Source: Eledone cirrhosa
Taxonomy: Eukaryota
Assembly: GCA_964016885.1 (NCBI GenBank)
Contig: OZ024751.1
Span: 38,378,001 to 38,442,000 of the forward strand
Direction: 5' to 3'
DNA length: 64,000 nucleotides
Made by a program: the position numbers and the translations under genes. Below are positions 30,456-46,928 of the stretch, one piece after another. Every line of letters begins with the position of its first letter. Position 1 is the first letter of the stretch. Under the pieces are notes generated by a model. It saw only the letters and a list, made by a program, of their open reading frames with translations. It did no database searches and had not been told where the DNA came from.

Positions 30456-30687
30456 GTATATATATTTACACTGTATATAGGCAGACGAGGCAGGGAGAGG
30501 GTGAGTGGAGGAGAAGTTGTGATAAATAACTAGACAGACACCCATACAATAATATCTAAACATTAACGGTCATATTAGCAGAATGAGTGTGGGTTAATAT
30601 AAAACTAAATGAATTAATATTTAAGAATCAAAGGTTATATACAAAGATTGTTAGATAGATAAAGATTATATTACACACACACACACA

Positions 30688-30756
<69 letters not shown>

Positions 30757-33700
30757 ATTTATATATTTAGATAGAAAGATACATATATATATATATTTAT
30801 GAATGCGTGTTCGTCTATGAATTTTAGGAGTATATGTGTGTGTTCGTGTGTGTAAGTGCGTATCCAAATGCTAATGAATCTTGCTTCATTGAAATATATT
30901 TATAAAGATAATTGAGAATATTTCTTTGAAAATATAATAAAATAGATCTTCGTTATTTCAAGAAATGTTTGTCTTGGTTGAGAATTTGAATATTCCAATC
31001 GTTAGAATTACCATAATTTTTAGAAACAACTTTTATATCAGAACCATTTGGAATCAATTATAGTAGAATGTATATCATGCATTTATCATGATCTGTGAAT
31101 TGCTATAACGTAGAATCTATTAACAAATGACTTCTAACGTTATTCATTATTTGGTTTAAATAGATTATTTAATAAAATTTGCTACTAAACTCGTATATTT
31201 CAGTTTACTAAATATGAAATGGAGACTTAAGCCCAATATTAGATAAAATTGTGAACTATTCACCCCTATTTTTCTATGTTTTGCTTTGACTCTCCTAAAC
31301 AAAACCATATATTTTACAATGCTGTATAGAAAATGTATATCTCATTCACAATATATACATATGGGAAAATAATCTAAAATATGTGCAGTGGTATGTATAG
31401 AATATACATTAAGAAATAAGAATTCGAATATTCACAGTTATGGTGCTGTTTCCACTACTAATTCAAACTCAGATGTGAATATTTATATGTACGTATAGAA
31501 TTTTAATAATACACGTGAGTTAATAGGATGGTCATATGCCGGTTTCACAGGATCTAAGAGATATGTTCTTGTATAAGTTCCAGAAAAATGCATATATTTG
31601 CGATTGTCCTTAATGGCAAGTTATATCATTCACGGTAACAATTGCCAAATAGATTGTTTTCATTAATTAATTTTATTGATTATCCTATGATAACCATACC
31701 CAAAACGAATAATTACTTCGAGCGAAAGAGCAATCTATATAGTTGTACTTAAAATTCTATATAACCGTACGTTTAAAAAAAGAAATGTTATTTTTAGCAA
31801 GCGATACCATGTGGTTTTTCTTGTATGTTCGTCTCTATTACAGAAGTATTACTGAATTTGATTCAAATAGAAATTGAAACTCACTCCGATAATCTTCGCT
31901 CTTTCCTTATGTCAGAGAACACACGTACTTATATACATAATGCTATGCATTATATCATATTATATTTTATGTATGTATATTTAAAATCTCCAATATATGA
32001 ATTTTATACGAAAGTATTATATATGCTTGAAGAGATTCAACTATACTGAACTTATAGCATAAGTGCATTATTCCCGGTTTTTGTGATTTAAATTTTAAAT
32101 CTCAGACTTCTGAAATCGATCTTTTGATAAAAATACATTTCTCCCTAATATATGTATATTATAGTAAATGTGCAACAAAGTGGACAGAAATGATTTACAT
32201 ACGAAGTTGTTAAAGAAATTATTGCAATGTCTACCTATATCTTTAGAGTATATTTTTAAGCCAAACTTTTCCATTTCATACAGTTTTTATAATCTTTCTG
32301 TTTAGCAGAAAAAAAAATTTTCTCGCTGAAAAATGTTTTATTTTTTCAAATTATATTTGTCTGTCTTAGGTCTTATTTCACCAAACACATATTCATATTT
32401 TATATTAATATATTATGCAGAGATTTAGCACGCGTATGAATATAAACAGACATATTTCAAGATCTGTTTTGAAATATTTCCATGAATTCTGATATAGTTG
32501 AAGTTGATTGCATCCCTCTTTAGATTTATAATGTTTGCTATATTCCAGTAAACAACGGCTATAATACCCTAAAAAAATATAGTAGACCGCCAATTCAATA
32601 TAAATAGTTTCAGCATTTGTAAATCTACTGAATTGTTCCATTTGTCATTATATTTCTTGAAATATAACCTAAAGTAATTTATTCGCTATCATTTTTTTTC
32701 CTTATCAGAGACAATGCAGCTTTCATGATATACTATTAATTTGCTAACCATATATTTATTATTCCTGCCTCGGTATTGTTGAGAATATGAGGTTGTATTT
32801 TTAATGTGTCATAAATTAAAATATAAATCTATGGAAAAGATTATAGATAAAAACTCTGGGGCAAAAACAAAATAACAAACAAACATAAAGTAAACAGAAA
32901 ATAAGTATATTCCCTTTTAAAGCCCTCTTTTCTCTCGTCAAAAACGTCACGTTTATCAGTACCGTTCTTTCCTGTTCAACAATACGATGCATGCTAGGTG
33001 TAACACAAGAGAGATACTTTACGGGGTTGTTGAGAGTTTTACGTAGAGTGTAATGTAATGTTATTCATTGGGGTAGAAGTAGAAGAGGGAATCAAATATT
33101 AAATATTTTCCAATTATCTCCATGATCTTAGAGACGGTAGGTTTATGAACTGTAGGGCCATGGTTACTGGGGTCAATATAATCCATTAAATTGTTTTGAG
33201 TAGCTAATATCTTCAGACACATATGAAGAATTGCATCTTGGTTCACAACTTCTTCATAAATTAAATTCCTTGAGTCATACACACACACATATTTGTCTGT
33301 GGGCGTCTCTGGGTGTTTGTGTGCGTGTGAGTGTGTGTATGTGCATATGCGGTTGCCTGTCTATGTGTTTGTGTGAGTCTGTGCCAGTGCGTTTGTATGT
33401 GAATCTCTCCCTCTCGATTACTGCATTTTCTGTTTACTAGTTTCTTATTCATGTTTTTTTCTTCTTAATTTACCTTATTCTCATTCAACTTCATTCAACC
33501 TCTACCCCTTTAGCTGACTTTCCTTTCTCAAACATTTGCCTTTTATTCTTTCCCCATATCTCTCTCACTCTTTCTTGCTATTATTCAATTTCCTCCTTTC
33601 CTTGTGTTCCATATATCCTCCAAATATTATTCCCCGTTTCAACCAACCCTATTTTAATTGATTTATTCCTTGTACCACACCATTATATTCCCTTCATTGT

Positions 33701-35547
33701 GACAAATTCGCCTCCATTTAAAAACATTATTTTCTTCCATTGCTTTTTCGACTGGAAATATTATTTAACTAATTATATTCCTATACATAACTAGTCCTTA
33801 TTCTCTTCTCTATATAACACCTACACCACTTAATACATTAATACATGCTTATAATTCATTTATGTATATATAACTTTAAGGTTTTCTGCTTGATTCTATG
33901 GTTAATCCAGTAGAGGTCCAATGTTGTAATTCGAGATGAAGCGGTGAAATAAACTCAAAGAGAATTCACTTAAAATTAGGAATGTCTGGTGTGAAGGTGA
34001 CAATAAGGAAATCGACTTGGAAGCGTTTCATAAATAAAGTTATATTTTATTCGGAATATATTTCCATATCTTAAACATTGCAATCTTTGAACTACAATTT
34101 CCCATCAGAAATATCTATCTAAAGAATGATTTACATTTGTGCTCGAGTATTTAGTTGCTCAATAAACTAAACATCCCCACCGTAAGTTAATATGGATGTG
34201 GTTGTGAATTCCAGACATTCATGTAAACCTAAATTAATTATCAGACAGAATTACATTGAAAGAATGTGAAAAAGTCGGCACCCTTAAATTATGAGTATGA
34301 TCTAACCGGTGCGCTTCTAAGCCATTTCAGTCACAAAGCTTGAGTCGACTTGAAAACAATTGCAAATAAATTGGCTCAAATTGCCACGAACTTGGATCAA
34401 ACCGGGGACTTACTGAATACAATGTGACCCGCACCACCAATACCACCGGCAGCCATACATGTGCAAACTTTTCAAACGGTGACTAGTCACATGAGTGTTT
34501 TATGGGGAGAAGATACGAGACATTGGACGGCAAATTCAAGCACATAACATAATATCAGAGTTAAAAAGAAAGTTATGTCAACGTGAATAGAAACCGGTTT
34601 GTGTTCTCTAACCATGACTTTTAATTCAGTATTTCACATTTTATAGCTAAGCTGATTATTTAGAATACAATACTTAGTAATAGAGTTGTGATAGGATCCT
34701 CACTAACTATTAAAGTAAACCTGTTCTTGAAGTTAATGGCCCAGTAAACTATTTATTTACCAAAATTAGATATCATTTTACTGCAAATATTCTAAAAAAT
34801 CTACAGAACATTCATCGTAAATTTTATTTAAAAATGAAAGTTATGCGATAAATCACGTGGACACGTACGCACACGAACAAGATTTTAAAAATCAAAATCA
34901 ACTTAAACATCAACAGCAACAAAACAAACAAAATCGAATATAGAACTATATAGTTCACAAAATGATGATATCATTTAACTAGCGATGACTGTATTTATTT
35001 ATTTATATATTTATTTATTTCACATATACTTTTTTATTTATTTATTTCAGAAATTTACGAGCTGATATGAGAGAAATATATCTTAAAGTAAAAAGATATC
35101 AGAATATAGCATTAAATTGTACTGGCTGCTGTTGTTTTTCTTTTTGTTTGTTTTTTTGGCTCTTTTCTTTTTTAATTATTAGTATTAGTATTGAAATTAT
35201 TATTATTATTTTACTCTCTGTGGTTTGTTTGTGGGTTAGAGAGGATTAGATAAAAATGTATCCTCAGATCATAAATATCAGATTTTATCGCTTAAATTGT
35301 CAAATTATTATTGAGCTATTATGCTATACCATTCCCCCACTTGCTTCTATTCTAATTTCTATATTTCATATTCATTTTTTTCTCTCCAAAGAAATATCGT
35401 TAAATTGATTTTTTTTCACTTCCTTAAAGTTGAGTTGGCCGATTAGATATATGCGATAGATTCTCCGTCGATTGCTACGAGAGCGTTGAATTATTCGAAC
35501 AATTGAACTATTTTAGAATTTATGTAGAATTGGAAAGTATTGTGCAG

Positions 35548-36125
35548 ATATCCTCAAGTCGAATTAGTGTGACAGTGTATATAACAATGGTGAACCTTTT
35601 AAATGACAGGTACAATGCATCTTATATTATATCTAAGTGGACAATTCTTCCACTGACACTTGGGCGCTTTACATAATTCTCCAGCCGAATCAGCGTGACA
35701 CAATATGTGACAAGGCTAGACATTTAAATAAAGATACGTCATATCTTGTATTATATTGTAAGTGGTTGAGTATTCCAAGACCACATATTTTCTTAACGTA
35801 AGCCCCTAGCCGTATCTACATGACGCCTTATGTGACAAAGCTGGTGATGTTTGCATTTCAAGTAAAATCCTTCTTGTATTATAGATAAATTGGCTGAGTA
35901 CTCCATGGATACGTGTACTCTTAACGTGATTCTGAAGTCGAATCCACCTGGCACACTAGGTGACAAGGCTAATTATTATTTGAATAAATCGTAAAATAGA
36001 TCCGACAGACTTCTATACACTTTCAACCATTAGAGCGATCGATAAGCCATTTCCCAAGATGTTATGCAGTGGAATCGACCCTACAATCTCCGGATTGTAA
36101 ATCGAGTTTCTTAAGCATTGGTCGT
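35548..36125 (-). repeat. degenerate ~125-130 bp tandem array (3-4 units) ending in an antisense tRNA-like SINE head
   Basis: The anchor tgtgacaaggct recurs at ~35707, ~35831 and ~35960. The head gcagtggaatcgaccc...ggattgtaaatcgag lies at 36065-36110. Confidence 0.6.
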
Positions 36126-36459
36126 GTCTCTAAATATATAAGTTATTCTCCTATACACTTGTTATCAATCAACCAAACAGTAACGTCTATAAGCGCGAAA
36201 TTTAATGTTACAACGTCTTCATCCGATTGGTTCTGAAATAGTGCAGAGGAAGATTGCTTCCAATAAGCTTTCTTTTAATAGACAAGAGTCATATTCAGAC
36301 GAAATATGATACGACCTCACTATCATAAAGCTATACAACTAAATATTCAATTTGATTACTTGAGATGTTTGACTTACAAATTAGATTTAATTTTTACTCA
36401 AAAGACTCGTGCAGCATATAAATAAATTTGAGTGTCAGTTGGAGAAAATTTATTGATTG

Positions 36460-36488
36460 GAGAGAGAGAGAGCGAGAGAGAGAGAGAG

Positions 36489-36525
<37 letters not shown>

Positions 36526-36547
36526 GAGAGAGAGAGAGAGGGAGGGA

Positions 36548-36637
<90 letters not shown>
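36460..36637. repeat. (GA)n microsatellite
   Basis: Directly visible. Confidence 0.97.
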
Positions 36638-36643
<6 letters not shown>

Positions 36644-36956
36644 ACAAAAAGGGAGGTAGAAACAAAAAGAGAGGTAGAAATAAGGCAATATTATAATTGA
36701 AATTGGGAATGTGAGAATAAGAACCAAATATTTATTCTACTCCAGTTTATATCTAGATCAGGCGCACACTAGTCTCTTCACTCTAACTGTTGTAAATCGA
36801 AGGGAATTTATTGCACAATAAATTACCAATTGGCTTGCTATATGCAACACTATCTCTTCATGCAAACATAACACAAATCCTTCAAACATTCAGACTGTCC
36901 CCACTCGATTCCCTAGTGATATCAGACTTAGACAATCCACTATCAACAGGGATGTA

Positions 36957-37002
<46 letters not shown>

Positions 37003-37283
37003 ACATTTCCATTGGATGGAAAATTGAAGTAAAATAACCCAACTCGTACATCTGAAAATGAGATGAACCAATACATATTGCGTTTCCCTTGGTAGAATAC
37101 AGAAGTTAATCTGAAGTTTGTTTCATTATAATTCAATGTATTATGAGGACTAATTTTACATATAAGACATATTGGCGGAAATTAAAGAGTTATAACACGA
37201 GGCCAGAACGTGTTCTCGCAATATTAGCTTGGGTTAGATTAATTTTATCGAGATTTTAATTCATATTATTGACTTCTGTACAT

Positions 37284-37391
<108 letters not shown>

Positions 37392-39457
37392 TAGTTGCTA
37401 AATTCTCAGTTTGAATTGATTTATATACGTCTCAATTAAATATATGAACGCAATAATTTCACATACCTCCTCCATTGCTGGAAAGCTGAGTATTTATAAC
37501 ATGATAAGAAATCGCCATATCATTGTTGAAATTTTCAAAATTCTTCTATTAAATGTTAAAGAATCGATTACTTGGAGGTTATCTCCAACAAACCTGTGAA
37601 CCATATACGAATGGAATATAGTCTCGATGTTCATTTGGCAACAATACATGGCAACAAATCAAATGCTCATAATATATTTATTTTATGCTTCTTATCTCAA
37701 TTATAATTTAGCATTTAATCTATGTATGTTGTCAAGCTTAGCTAGCTTTAAGAAGTAATCTACGTTACCATAAATAGTGGATCTCTTATGAACCCATGAA
37801 GGCGATAACTCTGTTTGCAATACAGCTAAAATAAGAATATATCAAATTTGCCGCAGGAAAATACTTGAACAGTTTACTAAAGTTTAGTAGTACCAACATT
37901 TTCTGAAACTATGGTTTAGAAGTTGCGTGTAATATGAACAATATATAAAAAGAAAATTCAGCAATTTTCATGTATAGAACATATAACATTTTTATTCATA
38001 TACATCTAACGAGAATATGGTGAGACGTTCTCGGGTTTGATAATTTCTCCAACATTTTTCAGCACCCGTTTGTGTCTACGATGTGCTGAATAATCTTGGG
38101 AAAAAAAGGTAAAACCCAGAACTTTTAACAATCTCTCGTTGAATGCACTATAGTGGTTACATTTCTCTTCCTATTATTCTTTATTTTTGAACGGATTCCC
38201 TCTTATTTTCTTTTGCTTCACAACAAGCATTGTGTCATTAGAAGTCTCCATTCTTCCCGGTCGCACTACCTCGCATGGCCCGCTTCCAGGTCAATTATCT
38301 GTCCGTTTTTTTTGTTCTATGGCAATCAATTTTGATTAATGGAGGTAAGGTTGCTACCCTTACACGTCCTCCTTCCTCTCTTCTCAAATAAGATAGAACA
38401 CTAACTTTCAGTCCCAATCCAGGTACAGACACCGGAAACTAGGACTACATAGGAATCAAATCCTTTCAATTTATTTTCATAGCAACATTATGTCGTTCTA
38501 TATCTATTAGAGACAATGACTCGGCACTTCCAAATATTACCGAACAATTTAGTGTCTGAAATCTAGTGAACTAAATTTAGCCGATCCTATCAATATTCAG
38601 TAGTGTCTATAAATATGTACATATTTGGTTGTAATGTTGCTTAACATATCTACGAGATGCGATATTCCATAAAACATACGCGATTGTCATGTAAATTATT
38701 CTAATACGCCAAACATCGATATAATTATGTTATCTTTATCCATACTAGTGTAGTAAGTAAATGTGATAATCCTGTGTGGAGAGAGACTTGTCCAACACTT
38801 GAATCTGTTAACAATCTACCGAATCTGGAAATGCGATGTTGTAATTTTCTGGCTCTCTACAATGTTAGAGAATCATTCTGACCAATAATTAAAACCAAAT
38901 AATTGCTTAAGATTGTCTCAGCTAGCAATACGTTACGTGCATTATCTGAGACAGTCAATAATGACAATAATATAAATTAATGAAGAGTTAATGATGTTAT
39001 ATAAAGTTGTAGATATCGCCTAATAAATCCAATGGTTCTGTTATGCTATGTATCGTGTGCTTCAACAGCAATATATTCATCTTAATATTATGGCAAACAA
39101 TTGATCATTTTTAGGGAAGTAGACTTAATTCCAATTAATATCGTCATTATCTCAAACATAGATGTATTTAGCGGAGTATATTCTGCTGCAAATGTTCGAC
39201 ATTGATAGCAGTTTTTGTATAACTTCCTTTCTTCCTTAAACTAAGCAATGAGTCACCGAAAAATATCATGAGTTTCCTTGTCTGACTAAAGCAAGTAAAG
39301 TATGTACTGCATTCGGTTTTTGATTATTTCATAATCATACTGTTTTACTTAAACCCAATATCCCAGACTCAAACGTGATGTTATAATTTTAACAGTGACT
39401 AAAAATGTGATATATCGTTATATGTGTGTTTTTACATAGATATAAATGCATATGTGA

Positions 39458-39518
<61 letters not shown>

Positions 39519-40728
39519 TATATATATATAGAGATAGAGAGAGAGTGAGAGAGATAAAGAGAGAGAGAGAGCGAGAGCGAGAGAGAGAGAGAGAGAGAGA
39601 GAGATGAAGAACAGAAATCATTTGACATGTTAGTGTGTTAGATATATATATTACTTGATCACTTGGGAAATAAAAAGATACACAACTATCCTACCATTTC
39701 TGTTCTGAAGTGTATATGCTGCTGTTCGTCTTGTTATCTTTGTGTTTCTACTATTCTCAATAACAAAACAAATATCCCACCGTCTCTTTAAATATTGAAA
39801 GTAAATGAATGATTTAAATCCCTGTTCAAATCTCAACGTTATCTTATTTTATTAACATTTAATAAACAATATTTGTATTAGAACATTTTAGCATAGATAT
39901 GTATGACATACTTTTACGATATTTGCAGATTTTTGTCTTATAACAGTTAGGCTGTGATTTTATGAAGGAATAAAACAGATTGAAACATACTACCGTAACT
40001 TATTCCTTGGTAAGTTATATAAAAAAATAAAATCAATTTAGCTTTATACGATCGAATATTATTTATTAAATATGAGAATCATATTTATGTTAATACCTGG
40101 ATTTCATTGGGACATAAATATGGTTTTAGATTTTGAATATCATTACGGTGAATGATTGTTTAGTGTTTTTTTTATCTTTTCTTTTTTACGGGATGTAATT
40201 GTGTTCGTCGCTGATGTGAAAACGAATGTAAATGCTCAAAAGTGGCTAAAATAGCTTCGTGAAAAGCAGCAGAAATTATTGTCTGCTGTATTCAAGGCAT
40301 GACAACATATGCATACCAAGTGCTTCCCATGGAATTCAAAGGAAAAAAAGAAGAAAAATTGCAGAATACGAGAAATACAAAAGAAAATGATAATGATAAA
40401 GAATGTTAAAGTAAAAAAAAAAGAATTAAAATAAGAATAAAAATACATATACAATGTTAAAGGTAGAAGAAAGAATGAAAAAAAAATGAACAGGAGCGCT
40501 CGTTTCTGCTCAATTTAAAGAGCTAAGAGGGCGGTCAGATGGAAAGACAAACCCTGCGGACATTATTCATCGTACAAATCGCAATGAAATGGAGTGGAAT
40601 AATGGTACAAAACGACTAAAGATGGAAACATCATTAAGATGCTATAACAGGCGTGAGTGAAAATTGCAAAGTGAATTGAGGGTGAAAAAACTAAGTTCTA
40701 GGCCGTTTCTTAGGGATAAAGGAAATTA

Positions 40729-40778
<50 letters not shown>

Positions 40779-41797
40779 CAACCACAGTAATAGTAATAGT
40801 AATAGTAATAGTAATATATAAATAAATGAGGAAAGACATTATAAAATAAAATAAAAAAACAAATTAATAGAAAAGCGAAAAAGCAAGTATGAAGACAATA
40901 GAGAATATTTGATTTATAAAGAATTACAATAGCAGACTCTTTCCTAGCTGTGACAGATTTTTTTTCTATCGGAGAATGTGAATCTCTAATAACAAAAGAA
41001 AATACGTTTAAAAAAAAATGAAAAGAAAATCAAATCAATACAAATGATGAATTTAAAAAAAAAAAATGAAAAATGAATAAAATAACGTATGAATGATATA
41101 GCAGAGAGCGGTAGTGTGAGGTAAAGAAGGAAACATAGAGTTAGAGAGTGAAGGGAGAAGGAAGGTCTATTGAAGCAGATAGCAGACCACCAAGTAACTT
41201 CCATTGATGAAATCATATCAACAGAACGCGTGTGTCAGAACCTTCTAATAATAGAAACTCACAAGGATTAATTTGGCGGAAAAATATGTTCTAGTCGCAT
41301 AATAATAATCGGAATAATTTGCATTTACAAATAGCTGTTTCGCCATCTTCTAATATGATACACCACGGACAGTTTCAAGAATAAGAATAATAAAAAAAAA
41401 GACAAAAATTGCTGAAGCTATGAATACCCAATCGGGTAGCTTCTAGATCAACAGTATCATGCAGAGATTTTAAAATATTATATTTGTCTTTCTACAAGAT
41501 TTCTGTTGTTTCTTTTACTATTTTTCGTTTTTCTTTTGTTTTTTTATTTTCTTTAATATGTTCACTAACACGGTAGAAAGAGCGCATAACTGTAGCAAAT
41601 TCGATTAAATAAAAAAGAATAAAGAAATTGAAAAAACAAAACATGAATTGCAAAACCCCAACCAGAATCAGCAGAAAAGCCGGGCGATAACTCGGAGTTA
41701 AGTAACCGAAGATTCTGTACAATTAATCGATGAATAATGAATAATAATATTTTTACTATATAATTCTTACATATTGCATTACTGATGATGATGATGG

Positions 41798-42047
41798 TGT
41801 TCTCTGGCTGCACACACTTTTGGGTTTGAAGAGCTGACGTGCTTCCTTTTGTTCTTTCTCCTCGGCACCAGGGCCTCACTTGCTTCCGCCACTGCATTGG
41901 TGAAGTTCCCGTACCTCCTCGTCACACTCTCCTCAGTCCATCCAATCTCTCTCTCCTCTGTCTCTCCACACAGAGCACTGAACCTGTTCCTCACTTCCAC
42001 TGTGAACCTCTCCTGTAGTTTAACATCTTCCTTGAAAGCTCTCCATT
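41798..42047 (-). mobile_element. LINE fragment (endonuclease-RT linker; RTE/RTEX/Proto2-like)
   Basis: WRAFKEDVKLQERFTVEVRNRFSALCG...YGNFTNAVAEASEALVPRRK carries the F...l.NRF..L motif typical of this linker. Open frame. Confidence 0.8.
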
Positions 42048-42099
42048 CATATGTGTGTGTATTAATATATATATATATATATATATCATATATATATAT

Positions 42100-42144
<45 letters not shown>

Positions 42145-42641
42145 CATGTAGTCTGCAGGGTGTGTTTAGATAGAATTGTTACTACGACGGTGCCATACTA
42201 TGTACGCACGTTTTGTGAGTCCGGAGGACCACCTTGTCCAACCTGATGGATATGACTATACATATGTATATATACATATATATATATATGATTTTTTTCT
42301 AACATCCTTGCACCATGTAGATCTAAATTTGTTTATCCCTACTGTGAAGAGGATTTAAACTTTCTGATAGTCTATAGACTTTACGAGGAGATTGAATAGA
42401 GGAGGCTGGCTGAATTAAATTCATGATTTGCAGAAGTCGGTGCAATAAGGTGCTGGTTTTAAACTCTATCATCAGATGGTAGGCAAGTACAACATACAAT
42501 CCAATGCGCTCAGTTGGCACCCACTTGGTGTTCTAGTTGGATCAATTATAGACAGTTGATACTGCTAGAAACCTCTGGAATGCGTGTCTGATGATTTTAC
42601 CATCACACCTCTTCCAGGAATAAGTTTGTGAGGAGAACGGT

Positions 42642-42740
42642 GAAGAAGAAGAAGAAGAAGAAGAAGAAGAAGAAGAAGAAGAAGAAGAAGAAGAAGAAGA
42701 AGATGCTGCTGCTACTGATGATGATGATGATGATGATAAT
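42642..42740. repeat. (GAA)n plus (GAT)n microsatellite
   Basis: Directly visible. Confidence 0.97.
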
Positions 42741-43695
42741 AATGATCATGCCTAATTGTTTAAGTAGTAAGAAAGAAAAATAGATCAATTTCAATGCTAT
42801 TTGAACTCAAAACAGAGAGAAAACAAACTGTATAACATTAAATATTTTGACAAGCATATTTCCCTTTAGGATACACCATCGATCTTTCATAACGAAAAAT
42901 AATAAAATGTTCAATCAATACTATATTTCTTTCCCATTAAATATTACGGGAATTTTACAGTTTTTACATATCATTTCTTCACATCATTTTCTTTACTTAT
43001 ATTTTTTACTGCGCATTTATAGAGCTAATATTTCGAGTAGGAATTACTTCATTTTTGTAATTAAGTAGCTGGAGTTAAATGAATCAATTATATACACCTC
43101 TTCAATGTAAATTATATCAGGAACAACATGGATTATTAAGAGCAAGTAAAGAATTTGAATATAAAGTAAAGAAGTGAAGAACAGTTTAAAATGGCAAATC
43201 CATATTCTCGTAATGAAGTTTATGTAAAGACATTTTGTAAAGATTTTAATCTTCGTTTGGCGCTTAACGTTAATCGTGATTGATTTTTTAGAGGAACTCT
43301 TAAGGTTTGTTTTATATATATATATAATATTTGTATGTGTATAGTAATAACGAACAAATTAAATGCTGTACATGGTACCATAAGTTTTTAATGATTTTAA
43401 TATTGCAGAGGCAATCTTGAATCATTTAAAAGAAACGAGGCAATTCTTTCTCACAAAAACCGGGATAATAATACTATATTCGTTGCTATCATTAGCGTTG
43501 TACTCATCAAAAGAGAAAACCGGAATAATTGAAAGTTATGTAACGTGTTTGATATATGAAATTCAGAGAAAAATATATAAAGTATAACATTTATGTAAAG
43601 TACTGCGAAAAATTAATGTTGATAAAAATAACTTCTTAATTAAAGAGAAAAAATCTACGTACGCAAAAGTGGATTGAGTCATATTTTTCTTTGTA

Positions 43696-43803
<108 letters not shown>

Positions 43804-43807
43804 TATT

Positions 43808-43858
<51 letters not shown>

Positions 43859-44058
43859 NNNNNNNNNNNNNNNNNNNNNNNNNNNNNNNNNNNNNNNNNN
43901 NNNNNNNNNNNNNNNNNNNNNNNNNNNNNNNNNNNNNNNNNNNNNNNNNNNNNNNNNNNNNNNNNNNNNNNNNNNNNNNNNNNNNNNNNNNNNNNNNNNN
44001 NNNNNNNNNNNNNNNNNNNNNNNNNNNNNNNNNNNNNNNNNNNNNNNNNNNNNNNNNN
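43859..44058. other. assembly gap (200 N) within (GA)n
   Basis: Run of exactly 200 N, a fixed-size scaffolding gap. Confidence 0.99.
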
Positions 44059-44150
44059 AGAGAGAGAGAGAGAGACCATATAGAGCACCTTGGTTCATCG
44101 GTTGGAAGAAGTAAAATACATACATATATATATATATATATAAATATATT

Positions 44151-44190
<40 letters not shown>

Positions 44191-44225
44191 CATATATTCA
44201 TATATATATATATATACATATATAT

Positions 44226-44306
<81 letters not shown>

Positions 44307-44453
44307 TATATATATATGTGTGCGTGTATGTATATATATATACATACTACTGTATGTCTGTATACATAAATGTATGTACGTGTACATACTTATATTTAAG
44401 TAACAGCCGTACTAAGAGTGGGAAATGCAATTTCGTTTCATTTTTTCCGTTTA

Positions 44454-44486
<33 letters not shown>

Positions 44487-45015
44487 TAGATGAAGATTGT
44501 ACACATAACGTCCTTTGAAGTGAATTTCTATGTTATTTCTTTCGTATAAGGTACAAAATATCGTATAATATAAGATATTACCTTCAAACTATGTGTAACC
44601 CTTTAGAAGTTTGAAATATGTTTAGGGAAATTTTAAAGCTCTGTGTTATGATACAAATTCAGATAGTACATAAAACTTCGTTTATAGGAATCTTTCTTGC
44701 CCCTACTTTTCCCGTGTTGTTCATATTATATATTAATTATAGAAATTTAAAGTGAAATTTAGACTTTACTCGCAGAAGTTCGGAAAAAAGCCATTAATTG
44801 CAATTGTTCATCGGCTATGCTATGAAACTTGAAAGTCTGAAATTTATTAGACCCTTGTACCGGCGACCTCGAGTATATTATAAGGCCCAATTGGCTAAAC
44901 AATCTATGTGAGATGTAATAGGAGTATCATTAGTGAGGGCAGCGGCTGGTATAATGTCATAAAATTAGTTGACTATCAATTATTCTTTGCATATCCTCCC
45001 TATACAGAGTAAAAC

Positions 45016-45084
45016 CTAGATCCAAACTTTTCGGATCTAGCTGTCGGAACGGCCGGAGCTCAGCCGTCGGGGTCCTGACTCTTT

Positions 45085-45087
<3 letters not shown>
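45016..45087 (+). mobile_element. terminal fragment of a dispersed repeat ending ggggtcctgactctttccc-(TA)n
   Basis: Homologous ends at 7775-7820 (+), 21231-21255 (-) and 50623-50736 (both orientations). Confidence 0.75.
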
Positions 45088-45126
<39 letters not shown>

Positions 45127-45191
45127 CTACATATAGAGAGATAAATACATAGTAATACATATGTATACATGTACTAACCGGTATATATATA

Positions 45192-45279
<88 letters not shown>

Positions 45280-45286
45280 CCACCCA

Positions 45287-45407
<121 letters not shown>

Positions 45408-45878
45408 CAATTGCATCAAACATCGAAACATATAATCATGTTATTGCGAAACATTTAGAAGTTGATAAACAAACGAGTAAATTTGTAATATAAGTTGTAA
45501 TATTATAAGTTACCAAACGAGAGTTACTATAACAAAATCTAAACAAGAGAAATATTGCAACAAAAACAGTAATTCCGAATATTCCAGACACGATTATCAA
45601 TAGTCACATCACCGTAACATACTCACTTGAATGAAAATTATTGCTAAATTGCAAACATAAACGCGGAATTGTGTTGATAAAAAAATGTATTAATATAATA
45701 TAATCGTATTATATCGCTTGTATGCAATGCATTAATATTATTAGTTCTTAATAGTTTTCACATATAGCTTTTCCTTTAAAATAAATAGTTCCACATAGTA
45801 CGCATTCGCTTTTCATTACTTATCAATTCTATGCATCAAATTTCTCTCTTTTACTCTCTCTCTCATTCTCAAATATAC

Positions 45879-45928
<50 letters not shown>

Positions 45929-45966
45929 TTGTATGTAGATACATAGGAAGATAGGTATCAAGCTGG

Positions 45967-46097
<131 letters not shown>

Positions 46098-46254
46098 TTA
46101 TATGTTTGTCTCTTGATATAAATAAATATATATATATATATATATATATACGAAACATGATATATATAAAGAAATCTGTTTTTACGAAATATATCTCCAT
46201 ACATAGCCCTCTCAAACACACAGACACACACAAACACACATAAGTGTGTGTGTA

Positions 46255-46289
<35 letters not shown>

Positions 46290-46462
46290 CATGGACACAC
46301 TGGAAGAGGAAGACCAAGGTTGACGTATGTTGATGCCCTAAGGTCAGACACTGGTCTGTTGGAGACGCAGGACATGGCAGCGATAATGAGGGACAGAGAC
46401 CGCTGGAGAGAACTCGTCCATGGATCTCGGGAATTTTACCCGCTTTAGATAGATAGATAGAT
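46290..46462 (+). mobile_element. LINE extreme 3' end (RTEX/Proto2-like) with (TAGA)n tail
   Basis: HGHTGRGRPRLTYVDALRSDTGL...MRDRDRWR* followed immediately by agatagatagatag. Confidence 0.85.
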
Positions 46463-46864
46463 ATATATAAGTAAGCGAGGTATCGTGTAAGGTAATCCAA
46501 GTAGAGGTTATGAGTAATCAATACAGTTGATTGGATGTTTCTAACGTTCGGTGTTGTTTGACTGGATAAGATATTTACCTAGTTGTGGTGTTCAGGTGGT
46601 CGATAGTTCCTAGGTAAGCGGTCCCTGGAAGATTAATAATGAAGGAGTGGTGGATAAACTATACACTATATATTTTGGCTAGAGACTGTATCGATGTTTA
46701 GGGAAGTATCAATAAATTTAACACTTCAGTATGGTCTAAATATTATACACAATTAATTTATTCGGGAAAAACAAAAAACAAAGCAAATTTGGAAATTGGT
46801 ATACAGACATTGGGGTATACGTTATAGAAGGGGCGGTTTTTAGGTGTGTATATATATATATATA

Positions 46865-46928
<64 letters not shown>

